Below are positions 26,470 to 38,749 of a DNA stretch of 64,000 nucleotides, piece by piece. The stretch lies in assembly GCA_964106915.2 (NCBI GenBank), contig OZ066929.1. One strand, given 5' to 3'. The notes under the pieces were generated by a model. That model worked only from the letters and a program-made list of their open reading frames with translations, was not told the origin of the DNA and searched no databases. A program made the position numbers and the translations under genes. Position 1 is the first letter of the stretch. The number at the start of each line of letters is the position of its first letter. The stretch is from Podarcis gaigeae (taxonomy: Eukaryota).

Positions 26470-28269
26470 CCAGGTGATGGACATCCATCTTCCAACACTG
26501 ACAGGCTCTGCCCAGGAGCATGCAGCAGACTGCAATCCTCCGCCAGGCTGAAATACAACAGCGGGAAGTCCCCAACTGTTCTCCATGTAGCATTTAATCT
26601 TAATAACATTTCATCTTGGCTGACAAGCCCATGTAATGCGGTTTAAAAGCCACGACTGCCCTGACACCCTAACAGAGAGGAACAAAAAGGCTCTCTCCTC
26701 CCGTCTAATACATTTGCTAAGGTCACCGCTTTAAACCTTCTGACTGTATCTTACTTGCCAAGCTGGGAGGCTGCTTTATACAGCCACTCAGATGAAACTG
26801 CGGGAGCTGCTCGTGTCCCCCTCCTTTCTGTTCAGGATTTCAGCTTGCGCTCCCCACCACACATGCACACTCAGTCTCTCCGTCTTTTTTTCTCAGCAAA
26901 AAGCATGAAAGTTCTTTATGTAGTACAAGTGCAAAGCTTTGAAGATGCAGCTGCAGAGGAAACCACTCGCTTAGGGGGGAAAGCGGAGGCCAGACTGAGC
27001 TGGCAAAGGGGCAGCTGAGCCACAGAGAACCGAGAGAGGGCTGGGAGAGCCTTGCAGATCAGAGACTGGCTTAGACTTCATCCCTGCCTGTGACAGCCAG
27101 CCAAGCCTAGAGAGAAATTTTAAAAGTGAAATGAGTGCAAAAGATCCAGCAAGAGGTTATCCAGCCAACTGGCCAGCAGCACGGATCCAAGTCAATGGCG
27201 CTCATCCAACCCTCCAGCCTGATTTCAGGTCATTAGAAGATGATGAAGATGAAGCCCCGCAATGCCCAACTGTCAGGCATTCTAAGACCAAACAACTGGC
27301 AACTCAAGAACCTTTCCTCTTTGCACAACCAAGAGTTGTCACTATTGGTCTCACAGCCTGAAGCTGAAACATCTTTGGTATTTCATGGTCCTTGGTACTC
27401 TGAAGTCCAGAGCCTGCAGAAGAGGTCACTGTTACCCAAAAGCTTGCAGCTAATGTTTTGAAGGCTACATTGCCACCACAGGATTAGAATTTGTCCTGTG
27501 TGGTTAGAGGGACACACACAAACAGCTGTGAGAACCCATATGGAGACAGGCAAAGTTTTACTTTAAACTGTGACAATTTAAAGCCCAATTCAGTTTCCAC
27601 TCAGCTTCCATCCTCTGCCCTGACTTGCCCAGTGCCAGCAGGGTAAAGAATGTGCCATTTAAAAGGGTGCAGTTTCCTGAACTTCTGCTTTAATGCACCC
27701 CAAAGATATCCTTGCAACCGGGGTAGAGACTCTTCTGCCATCTGCTATTATGTGGGGTTGAGCATGTGGGTTTTGGGGACAGCATGTCTTGCTTACAGTC
27801 GCACCAGCCTGCAAATTCAATGGACTGGAGCCTCTGTCGTGTGAACCACAGAAAATGCAGACAACGCTCACTGGAAAGCAGATGCTGCTTACCATGCATG
27901 ATCACACAATTGCTCAATTCTTGAGGATGGCGGGGAGAGATGCAAAAAAGATGGTGCTGATAAGCAAACCCTGCAGCAGACCCATCATCCCTCTGAATAA
28001 CCTGCCTGCTATCCCAGATAGCCCAGGAAAATGCAGGAGCAGCAACAAGAAGAGATTGCCAGGCACAGCAGGGATTGTAAACAGTGCAAACAGAAGCTAG
28101 GCACATCCTCTCTCTCTCTCTCTGACGCAACACACACAAGTGTGGTGGGCATGCAACGTTTCCTACCATGCTCCAAGATAGGCATAGAAACCCCACTGGT
28201 TACATGATATTTTACCTCCCATCCACTCCATCCCACAAACCACCATCCCTTTGAAACCAGAAGAGGTCA

Positions 28270-28450
28270 AGATTAAGAGCTGTTCAACAGTGGAACAGGC
28301 TCCCTCGGGAGATTATGGACTCTCCTTCATTGAAGGTTTTTAAGCAGAGATTGGCTGGCTACATGTCATGGATGCTTTAGTTGAGATTCCTGAATTGCAG
28401 GGGGTTGGACTAGATGACCCTTGGGGGGGTCACTTCCATTCTATGATGTT
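28270..28450 (+). mobile_element. CR1 LINE 3' end
   Basis: QWNRLPRE..DSPSLKVFKQRL then ggggttggactagatgaccc..ttctatgat terminus. Confidence 0.85.
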
Positions 28451-28469
28451 AAACAGAGCAAAATTGACT

Positions 28470-29240
28470 GAATCATACAATATGCCACCTCATCCAACAC
28501 CATAACAAGAGCATCCTCAATAGATGGTTGAAGACCTCCAGTGAGGGAGAATCATCAATATCACTTGGTCCTTTTGTCCAATTGCTCTTACCAAAGAGAA
28601 TTCCTGCTTCATTCTTAACTGAAATCTACTCTCCTAAGATTTAAGTCCTCTGATCTAGTCTTTGTCCTTCAGAGATATGAAGGATTTTCTCATTTCCCAC
28701 CCCGTCTTTTTCCTCCAGGCTAAATATGCTCAGTTCCTTCAACCTTCCTCATTCTGGCATTGGCTGTTTTTGTGGTTTTTATTTTTTATGATTTTAAATG
28801 TACATTGTACTTAATTTATTTTTTAGGTTTTAGTAACCTGCCCTGGAACCATCTGGTAAAGGGTGGGGCTATAAATAAGTGAATAAAGCAAGCACCCTTT
28901 GCAGGACTCGTTTTCTCTACCATCTTCATTGCTCTCCTCTGAACCCATTTCTAATTTGTCTGCAATACATTCTTCTTAAAGTAAAATACCCAGAACTGGA
29001 CACAGGACTCCAGGTGAGGTCTGACTAATGCATAATAAAGCAGAACTATTCCCATGACTTGGAAATTATGGTTCTATTAACACAGCCTAAAATTGCATCT
29101 TGCAGCCACATCCCTGCTGACTAATATTTTGTTCATGATCGACCACAAATCCAAAGTCTTCTCCACACGTCCTACCGCTAAGCCAGGTATCCCCTATCCT
29201 ATACCTATGCATTTTATATTTTGGCTAAAATGCAGAACAT
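28470..29240 (-). mobile_element. Older CR1 ORF2 fragment, interrupted
   Basis: cccagaactggacacaggactccagg is the reverse complement of LEx CVQFW; ttgaagacctccagtgaggg motif. Confidence 0.65.
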
Positions 29241-32200
29241 GGCTCTTTTCCCTGACCTAAGATGAATATTAAGGAACCCCCTTCCCCCGTTCTTGTTACT
29301 TAAATTTGTTTTAAACTGTTTTAAACATTGTATTTTAAATTGTTGTGACCTGCCCAGGGACCTTAGGGTGAAGGACACATAAAATAATAATTAATAATAA
29401 AAGGTACAGCTCTGCAGAAAGGTTAGTTGGTTTCCCCATCTTGTCTTTCCCTGCACATGGATGTTAGAAAAAGGTCCAGAGGGACTCCATGGCCAAACCA
29501 AGTCCTTACATCGGCTGGGGCCATTATTTGTTTCTGGCTAAGAAAGGGAAAAGGTCAGTTCCCACAAACCACAGTGTTCCCAGCCACTACAAGGATATTC
29601 AGTGTTAATGCAGGAACCTGTTTATGAGAATCAACAGCTAGCCAATTCCAGCCTGGTTATGCCTTTGCAGATAGACCTCCACTCCACTGGCACCACAGCT
29701 GAAGTCTGTGCTGCTGACCGGAAGAGACTTCAGCCTTTTTCCATCTGCTCATGCTGGGCTGCGCAAAACGTCTCCCGCATCCCTACCCTATTTCTAAAGC
29801 CAGGTAGCAAACCTAGGACTTTGAGATGCAGGAGAGCATCACGTTCCCTCCTTATAGTAGTAGGATGGCAAAATCCCAACCAACGAAGGTCTCTGTGTCA
29901 CCACTGGTGACTGGGCGGCAGCTCCAACAAACACAGGTGATCCATTATTTACATATTCAGTTTCTAAATATTGATGCTAAAAGCACATTCCAAGGCCGAC
30001 CCCACACTCGGCTTCTCTTCAGATGGGCTTTTCACGCCATAAGGAGCCCCTTTCCAGAGGAGCTATGTGGGTCCAAAGCTCTTGCCAGGACGAAGCCATT
30101 ATGCACAAGAAATGGCCCCCTTTGCCCCCTCCTCCCCAAATCACTTAAAAGCTCAAGCAAGCTTAATCAGTCCAAGCCTGAGAGACCCAATGCACAGCGT
30201 GTTGCAAGCTAAGAAACTTCACTTTACAGCATTGGCAGGCTGATTCCAATATTTTCATCCTGGGTACACACACAATCTAGCATTCCCCCACTGACCCATT
30301 TTTACATTCAGGTAACTTAGGCAGCCAGTGTGCCCAGCACCTCCAGTGCCTTTCCCCTGCTCTCCAGTGCTGCTCACCCAAGGCTAACTGGGGGGCCCTA
30401 GACAAAGACAGCAACCACTAGGGCACTGCTAGTAGGCCAGAGGAAACACCCACTGACTCTGACACCTACCTCCAGTGGCAGAAGAATCTTCAAAAGCATG
30501 TTTCACGCACCAGCAGCAGAAAACTATTTAGGAATAAAGGAAGCCTATCAGAAGGAACATGCTGGATGGGCAGGTATGGTCGCCCTTTAACACTCAGGGG
30601 TTCCAAGACTTCCGTCCCTCCAAACAGAAGGAGGACATGCAAAGCTGTTCATGAAGGACACACAAAGTACAAATGGCACATGCCTCCAAAAACAGCAACA
30701 TTCAACCAATCAGCATGCAGCCCCTGGAGGGTTAGCCTCTGATCCAAATCACTGTATAAGTAGAGGGGATGCTTTCCTCGTGCACTACAATCCCAAGAAT
30801 TCCCTAAAAATGTCTGCTGCAGAAAACTACAGGTTGAGGAAAGTTCAGGGCACGGAAATGTGAGGAAAGTTGCCCTTGTCAGAATTTCAGGGCACAGAAA
30901 TGTTTTTGCCCCTCCTCCACGGTGTAATCCAGATCAGGGTTTCACAGCTACTACTAAAACACAAACATGTGAAAATGCATTTAACAGAAGGTTTGGCGTG
31001 GCCCTAAGCTCACCCTACAACACTCACACAGAGGGAGCCGTAGAGAAGTGGGAAGGCTCACATAACACTTTCTCATGTTGCAGTACTACAACTCCCCATC
31101 CCTGACCATTGGCCACGCTAGCTGGGACTGATTAAAGTTGTAGCAACATCTATAGGGCTAGAGGCTAGAGGCCTGCACTCTAAGGACTGCAGGGAGTCCA
31201 CAAGGTGCACTTGCTTTTTGCTCCTCAAAACCATCAGCGATAAATCCCCATATTCATTTCCCCTCCCTTGACAGCAATTTGCGGCTGCTTTATGGCAGAC
31301 ATCAAATAATCCACTTGCTTTCTCTTAGTTTATGCTGTCCCCTTGGGGGAGCAGCAGGTCAGTGGGTTAAAATCACCCAGGAAATACCCTTGTGGCGGAA
31401 CACAGATAAACATGTATTACAGATCTGGAAGCGAGCCACAAAGTTCACCTCTGCCCCACGTTCAGTACATCTCATAGCCAGCCAGGGAGAGTTGAGTGGC
31501 AGCTGGAAACCAACAGCACATCCCATGGCAGTTCCTGTCTCATTTGTCAATGTGCAGCCCCCCTTCCTCACACCATTTCACAAGATGGTGAGAGAGCACC
31601 ACAAGATCTTGCGGGGCTCTCGCAAGAAATCTCTGGAACCTGAAAGCCACAGCCCTGCCCCCAGTAAGCAAGGCCTCCACAGGGGCAGCAAGGTGGGGCA
31701 GGAAGGCATGGGGTAACACTTTCCCATTTCTCCTCAGGCAACAAAATAGGATAGGCTCCCCCTGGTCAGTGAGGATCTGGTTGCACTACACTGAGCAGGA
31801 TTCTGGCCCAAGAGATCTCATTGGAGTGGCACACACTATGAGCATCTGAGCCCTTTGAATGGTTCAAAAACAAGCTGGGCTCAGAAGTCATCAAAAGCCA
31901 AATTTAGAGCACCAGGCTTACAAGTATGAGGGTGCCAGAAGTGCAATGAAAGACCTTAATGAAGCAAGACAGTCTAGCACTGAAATTCACTAGTGCTTGG
32001 GGCAGTTGAAGCAGAAAAAAGGAATTAATGTCAATATGCACAGCAAAAATGAATTTTCTAAAAAGCCATGGAAGGTTAAGTGTGGGGCTTGTGCAGAAGT
32101 AATGGATCTCTGACTTTGGAAGTGGGAAATGGGTCCTGGAAAAATCAGTTCTGCCTCAGTTCTAGACAATACTTAGGTGTCTTGGGCTGCTTCCTTCTTA

Positions 32201-32639
32201 TCCCTTCCAGCTTTATATGGCCTTGTTTATTCCACTGATACTTAAGTCCTGCAAGATTTGGCTTGGATCACTGTGAAGGCTCATTCCCTGACTTGCTGAA
32301 ATGCCTCCACTTATCATAAAAAGCTATGTTGCAATTTTGAATTAATTAAAAGCTATAAATTTCAAAAGGTAGCTGCGTTAGCTCATACCCGCACCTTCCA
32401 AAAGAAAGGATGAAAGGAAGGCCACAAACATTTGTACACTATGGCTTAACATGTCCTTCAAGACAGCACATTCAGCCCCTGCCAAGCTCCCCTCCATGCT
32501 CTGGGCTGGTGCAGAGAAGTGAGAGCCCTGAAAAATAGATTGTGTGCCTAAGGTAACAGAATCACAATGTTTTGCAGGTATTCCAACAAGAGTCTCAAAC
32601 TCTGAAGTACACAAAACTGGTGCCGGAAAACTAAAAACA

Positions 32640-33180
32640 TGTGCTTGAGTCATAAAATACTTTACTGCACCATCAACAGATCTTCACTCACAGATATAAG
32701 TGACCAGGGTGGGAATATAGGTGGAGAGGCAGCTTCTCAGATACCCTGGTCCATAACCCTACAGGACTTTATACACAAGTAGTAAAACCTTGAAACTAAT
32801 TGGGTAGCAAATTGGCAGCCAGCACAACACTTTCAAAAAAGGAGTCACATGTCGTCAGTAGGTTGCCCCAGAGAGTAAGCATGCAGCAGCATTTTGCATT
32901 AGCTGCAGCTTACAGAGCATATTCAAGGACAGCCCCTCATAAAGCATATTACGTAACCAAGTCTACAGGTTACCTATACAATGGGCCACTGTCGCCAAAC
33001 TATCCTTGTCAAGAACAGCTGTGGCTGATGAACCCTCCAAAGCTAGTAAACACCACTCCTGGACACTGAAGGCACTTGAGGCTCCAGTGACAACGCTCGA
33101 TCAAGGATATTTCAGACCAAGTTCTGAGAAAACACAATGCACACAGCTGTGGAGCTCACCTAATTGGCATGTGCCTCTTG
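32640..33180 (-). mobile_element. L2-like LINE remnant
   Basis: gcagcagcattttgcattagctgcagct..ttcaaggacagccc is the reverse complement of GLxLN..LQLMQNAAA. Confidence 0.6.
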
Positions 33181-33198
33181 TCCTCTTATCCTCTAGAT

Positions 33199-33334
33199 CA
33201 GTGATGGCCACATTTGGCCCTCCAGCTGTTTTGGGACTACAATTCCCATCATCCCTGACCACTGGTACCGTTAGCTAGGGATGATGGAAGTTGTAGTCCC
33301 AAAACAGCTGGAAGGCCAAGTTTGGCCATCACTG
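33199..33334. mobile_element. 136-bp hAT MITE (CAGTGATGGCCA TIR)
   Basis: Same body as 23103; perfect 8-bp TSD CTCTAGAT at 33191-33198 and 33335-33342. Confidence 0.93.
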
Positions 33335-35682
33335 CTCTAGATCAAGGGGTGGAGAGGGAAGAGCTTCCATTCAAAGGGGTGATGGCAGGGATGGTGGGTC
33401 TCCAAAACCTGCCTCCTTTCCCCCAATGAATGAGTCAACAACTTAAGTGGAGTCAGATGCTAGCACTAACAACCCCTCCTTCTAGGCAGAGGTCCATCAG
33501 GGACAGCTCCCAGACTCCAATTCTACTCCTTTTCCCTACCCCCAATCAAATGTGGAGTGATGCCTGGGCATTTCTCAGTCACTCTCAGTTTAAGAAAGAG
33601 TCACCTTCCCTTACACTGAAGGTTCTGACAAGGTCCCTTTTTGTACAACAAACACGTCCCTATCCCACTGCTAGCATGCATGCAGGAAGCAAAGCATTCA
33701 TTCCAGGATGCTCACCTTATCCCCTTATGGCCTTGTCATAAGCACAACAAGGCAAGCAGAGCTCGGAAACACATTGCAATCTATCCCCTATTTTCTGAGC
33801 CAGCTCACAGCTGGTTGGCTATGAAGGTTAATGGGAATCCGATTATTTTCTCCTCTCCTCCTTTATTCCTTTATCCATTTGCATCACAGAAAACTGAAAC
33901 AAAAGCTGTGTTTTGCATCTCCACTCATTACTCCCTTACATTTATCTTTAAGCCAAGAAGAGAAGAGTTATCAGGGTGCATGGAGCTTCAAGCATTACAG
34001 TGCGCATTTAGGAACCTGCTTTCCTGAGTGAAAGCCAAGTCATAGGCCACCGGAAGCAAGTTGCAAAGACCGTTTCATTACCTGTTGCCATTCCTCACAC
34101 CGGGTGACAAGTGTAAGTTGAACACTCAAAATATAAAAAGGTCCTGGGCAATGACAACTTCACCATCATATTCAGCTCTTCTTCTATACCTGCCCACAAA
34201 CTAAAAGTATAGAAGTAACAGGGCGAACCACAGGGGCGAGCACCAGCAACGCCTGGAGTTCAGTGGGAGGGCACCTGTTTTACATGCCTAATATCCCCAG
34301 GTCAACCTCTGACATCTTAGGCAACTAGAGGGATCCTGAAGAGTGCTGCCAGTTGGAGACCATCCTGGCTGAGAAGGAAGCATCTTCGTAAATTCACACT
34401 ATCTTCATGTTTCTCAGGGTTTAACAAATCACCATATAAACTTGTAAAATGTGAGAAAATAAAAAACATGTACTAGGAATGTGGGATTCCTTTTGTGGAA
34501 CATACTTCCAAGTGAAAGTGCTCAGAAACAAGACATTCCATTAAAATCAAGAACATTTTAATCCCAAGAAATCTGGACTTCAGTATTATGAATGCTCTGC
34601 CATTTGTTTAGCTACATAGGCCCTGGGGCTCTTCCCTACAGGAAGAGGACCTGAGGACTCACTTAAGGAAGGCCCCTTTCCCTTATGAAGACAACAGCAG
34701 GAACTAAAGATGTCAATAGCTCACTGGGATTCATACATCAGTTAACAAAGCACAAACAAAAGTTTGTGTCTTCTGTCATTGGGCCAAGCTCCACCCAAGT
34801 CTCCTGGCATGGTGGCTGAAACAGCCAAGCCATAACCCTGATCCCAGTTGGGATAGACTGGGATCATATGCAGAGGAAGAGGCTGACTCCTGGACAGAAC
34901 CATGTGCAAGAGATAAGTTCACCATACATGGTGGGGGCAATTCCAAATGAGTGGTTTCCTAAGAATTCTCTCCTCTTCTGGTGTATGCCTTGTCTTGCTA
35001 GTAGCAGTCTTTCGTATCAGTTCTTAAGAGAATCAAGCAGTCAATAGAGGCCTGTTGTTATCCCTTGCAATGACTCACTCACCATTTACCCATGGTCAGT
35101 TATAGAAAGACAATCTTAGATTTAAAAATATGTGGCCATCAACAAAGAAAAAACATATTCAGTAATGTGCTGTAATTTATCCTTAGTGACTCTGCTTGAT
35201 GTACTTGCTTGAGTTCCTGATTCTTTTGTTTTATTTTTTATTTTGTTGCAAATCAGAAATAAAACTGTTTTTAAACGTTTTAAACTAGGTTTCACAGGTT
35301 CTTGGTTTCAACTGCTACCCAAAACCCAGCCAGTGCTGCAAATCACTGAAATCAGCCATGAAGCATCCAAATGATGCAGCTCCCCAAGGTTGGGGGATAT
35401 ACCAACTAGTAGCGCTATGGATGGACTTCCCACTACACCCCCTGTGAGTAAGGACCCCAGAGCAAGTCAAGCCCCCCACCCACCCAACTGCTCACAGACA
35501 CTGTTCACAAGGGCCTCACTCAGGACAAGAAGCTGGTTAATTATAGGATAATGAAGGCCCAGCCAGAGGATTTTGCTGCCTGCATCACAGTGGGGCAGAT
35601 CAGTGCATTAGTGTCATGCTTCTTTCTCTGCAGGATCAACAACAATTTCTGACGGGGTGGCAGCCGTCTCACCCACTCTCTT

Positions 35683-35863
35683 GCAACAAAAACAAGGAGG
35701 AGTCTTGTGGCACTTTAAACTCTGATGGTTTTATTTCAGCTGAAGCTTTTGTGGGCTACCCTATCAAATGCATCTGGTGAAACAGAATCTAGTTCACGAA
35801 AGCTTATGCCATAATAATTTTTCTAGTCTTTAAGGTGCTGCAAGACTGCTTGCTGTTTTTGCT
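35683..35863. mobile_element. Penelope-like palindromic remnant with a degenerate hammerhead core
   Basis: Inverted arms gagtcttgtggcactttaa..aagcttttgtg / cacgaaagctt..ttaaggtgctgcaagact; core CTGGTGA..GAAAGCTT. Confidence 0.7.
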
Positions 35864-36816
35864 AGATTTAGGCTAGATCCATGCACTGCAATTAAATTCT
35901 GCGGGACTCTATCAACACCAAGGAAAAAAGGGCTTTTCCTAGAGAAAATGGGCTTGACAGTCTGGATCCAAGCATCAGAAAACAAGCTCAAATGTGTGAA
36001 GACTGGAATCTAAGGGGGAAACCAATGTGTCTTGTTTACATTGGTTCAGAAGTGATCCATTGTCACCTGGACTGGAAGAGAGGGTCTCTGGAACAGACAG
36101 ACCTCTTGAGTTCCCTCCCCCACCTGAAAGCAGCCTTAAGGAAATCCACCACTAGCCCAACACAAGTGAGTTGGTTGTACAATTTCATAGGAGACCAGTC
36201 AATGCCACTCCGGGTTCCTGAGTGGGCCATGTTGCAGCCATCATGGGTCTGAGCCAGGGAATATGCTGTGAATCCATCTATGCCAAGACCATTTCTTCCA
36301 AGAATGTTCCAGGTATGGTGGTGCACAACCTGCAAGAAGCATCCGGTTGGACCTAGGAGGACAACAGCTGAACACCTTAGAGAAGAAGAGTGGCTTTACA
36401 TGAGAAGTCAGAAATAAACCTTGCTCTTATGGAATAGCACCCATGTCAGCAAACAAAGGATAGAGGCAGAGGCCCAGCACCTTGCAGAAAATGATCCCAG
36501 AGATTGTTCTGAGGCTCATTACCAGAACTGCTCTCATTACAGGGCAGGGGGGAGGACACAGAGGCCTCAATGTGCACTGAAGCAAGGGCAGTGAGCATTC
36601 TCTCTCTCTGGCATCACCTGTGGTTGCAGCGCATTATCACGCAAGGCCTTGCGAGGAGGCTGGAACAAAGTCAAAACTGCAAGACTCAGCCAGAGGAAGG
36701 AAGGTAATTTCTGCCAAGGGAGGCTAACTGTCTTACAAGGTAAACAAAGGTCAAACGCACTCCAGACTGTCATATGCAAAGTGCACTCAAGCTGCCTCAT
36801 CAACGCTCTCCTCCTT

Positions 36817-37325
36817 TTTTTTTCTTTTTTTAAACACAAAGAAAAATTATTTCTTCAAATACCTAATTCTCATTACCTTGATAACTGACTTCCTCGAATC
36901 CCCTCTTACTGAATCTCATTATATCACCTTTATAGAAGGTCTCCAAATTCATATTTCTACTAATATTAACTCCTTTCATTTACTAACCTCTTCTCCTTTA
37001 TTAATTTTCAAATCCTTAGTATTTACTACCACATATTCTTATTCTACCCCTAAGCCTATTTATCATTTCCAAGAATTTTCTATTTAATTTATATCGCAAT
37101 ATTTAGCTAAATATTCTTTAAATTTCTTCCAATTCTCTTGTGTCTCCTCCTCTTTCTGGTTGCGGATTATTCTAGTCAGGTCGGCCAGCTCCAAAAAACC
37201 TAACATCTTCATCTGCCATTCTTCATTGTTGGTATTTCTTGTGATTTCCAGTTTTTGATTAAAAAAAGTCTTGCCACTGTAGTGGCATACAAAAACAGTT
37301 TAGCATCTTTTGGGGGGTATTTCCA
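36817..37325 (-). mobile_element. L1-clade ORF2 C-terminal remnant plus 3' UTR and poly(A) (family A)
   Basis: Reverse complement reads KDAKLFLYATTVARLFLIKNWKSQEIPT..EWQMKMLGFLELADLTRIIRNQKEEETQENWKKFKEYL, with a frameshift; T-tract at about 36815-36831. Confidence 0.75.
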
Positions 37326-37599
37326 GTCCTGGTATCTCTGGGAAATCTAGAAGAGCAGACCCCATACTAACCAATCCACATCTGGGAGTTTCAATGGCAT
37401 CATTGGGTTCTGTCAACGAAAGTGGGGTTTAGTGGGCAAGATGAGTATGGGAGGGTATACTTGTATGCCATCATAAATTGCAACTTCAGTGTCCAGCCTT
37501 TTTGGGAGAGGGGAGATGGCAGGCAACTTTATGAGTCAAGGCCTTTCCTTCGCTCCCGCAAAGGATTGTGGGAAGAGAGCTCCTTCGTTCGACTCACCT

Positions 37600-38749
37600 C
37601 TTTCTCTTTTCTTTTTAATATTTTTTATTAAGGATTTTCTTGTTTTACAGAAGTGTAGTGCCTCATATTTTTTCTTCTTCTTCCATGTAACGTTTTTACA
37701 AATCCGTTCCATTTGTTGAGGCATTAGGGGGAGAAGAAAAAAGAAATAAAAAAGAAAGGGGGTGGAGAGAGGGAAGATGGATGGGGGTGGGGTCGGGTGG
37801 CGGTGTTTCTATTATGTTTAATGTATGTAGAGTTTGGTGTCAGCGTTGCTTGTGTTGTTCACTTGTGTTCCTTTGGTGGTGAGAGAGGTTGGGGTTGGCT
37901 TAGGGTGTGATTGTTTGCTTGTGATTGGCTGTGGTGATCTTTGTTTTCGTGTGTGAGTGAGCTGGGTGGGTGTTTTGGATCAGGTTAGCCATATTGATTT
38001 GTATGCTGTTGGTGGATTAATGTCATTGTCCTGTTGGGCTGTGTATGTGATAAAGGGGAGCCATACCGGGGTGAAGGCGTCTTCTTCTGTTTGTCCCCAT
38101 GTCAGTTTCAGTTTATTAGTTAATTTTTCTAGTAGGGCTGTTTCCCATACTATTTGGTACCATTGGTCCATGCTTACTCCTGACAGGTCTCTCCAGTGTC
38201 TGGTTATGATGTTTCTGGCTGCTGAGAGCAGGTGGGTTATGAGTTCTTTGTGGTGTAAATGGGCATTGTTGTCTTGGAAGATGTTTAGTAGGGCCAATTC
38301 TGGGATGATGTCTATTACTTGCTTAGTTGTTTTACATATTTCTTGTATGGCTGTTGTCCAGAATAGTTGAATTTTGGGACACTCCCACCACATGTGGAGG
38401 TATGTGCCTGTGGAGGTGCACCCTCTCCAGCATTTTGGTGAGGTTCCTGGGTGTATTAGCGCTAGTTTCCTTGGTGTTAGGTACCACCTGTAGGTGAGTT
38501 TCAGTGTGAGTTCTTTTCTTTTCGTTGATATGGATTTAAAGGGGGGTTTAGACCACATTCTGGTCCATTGAGTGGGGTTAATCTCATAGCCTATGTCATT
38601 CTCCCATTGTTTTTTGATTGCGTCTAGGGGATTTGCGGGATTTTGGAGTAGTATTTTGTATATTGCGGATACCGTCCCTTTACCGTTTCCCTTTGTTGTT
38701 AGGAGGAGGTTTTCGAAGGTTGTCAGGGGCCTAGTCACACAGACCATGC
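37600..38749 (-). mobile_element. Young 5'-truncated L1-clade LINE (family B): intact ORF2 C-terminus, 3' UTR, poly(A)
   Basis: ORF 37980-38831 contains WYLTPRKL and CWRGCTSTGTYLHMWWECP (cysteine-rich L1 domain). AATAAA on the minus strand at 37624-37629 followed by an A-rich tail. The first ~27 aa of the computed ORF are flanking DNA. Confidence 0.92.

Noticed and set aside
27690-28196. 168-aa minus-strand ORF
   Set aside because: Runs through simple repeats; no homology recognised.
31336-31356. CTCF-like motif TGTCCCCTTGGGGGAGCAG
   Set aside because: Several core mismatches; cannot be supported without PWM or ChIP data.
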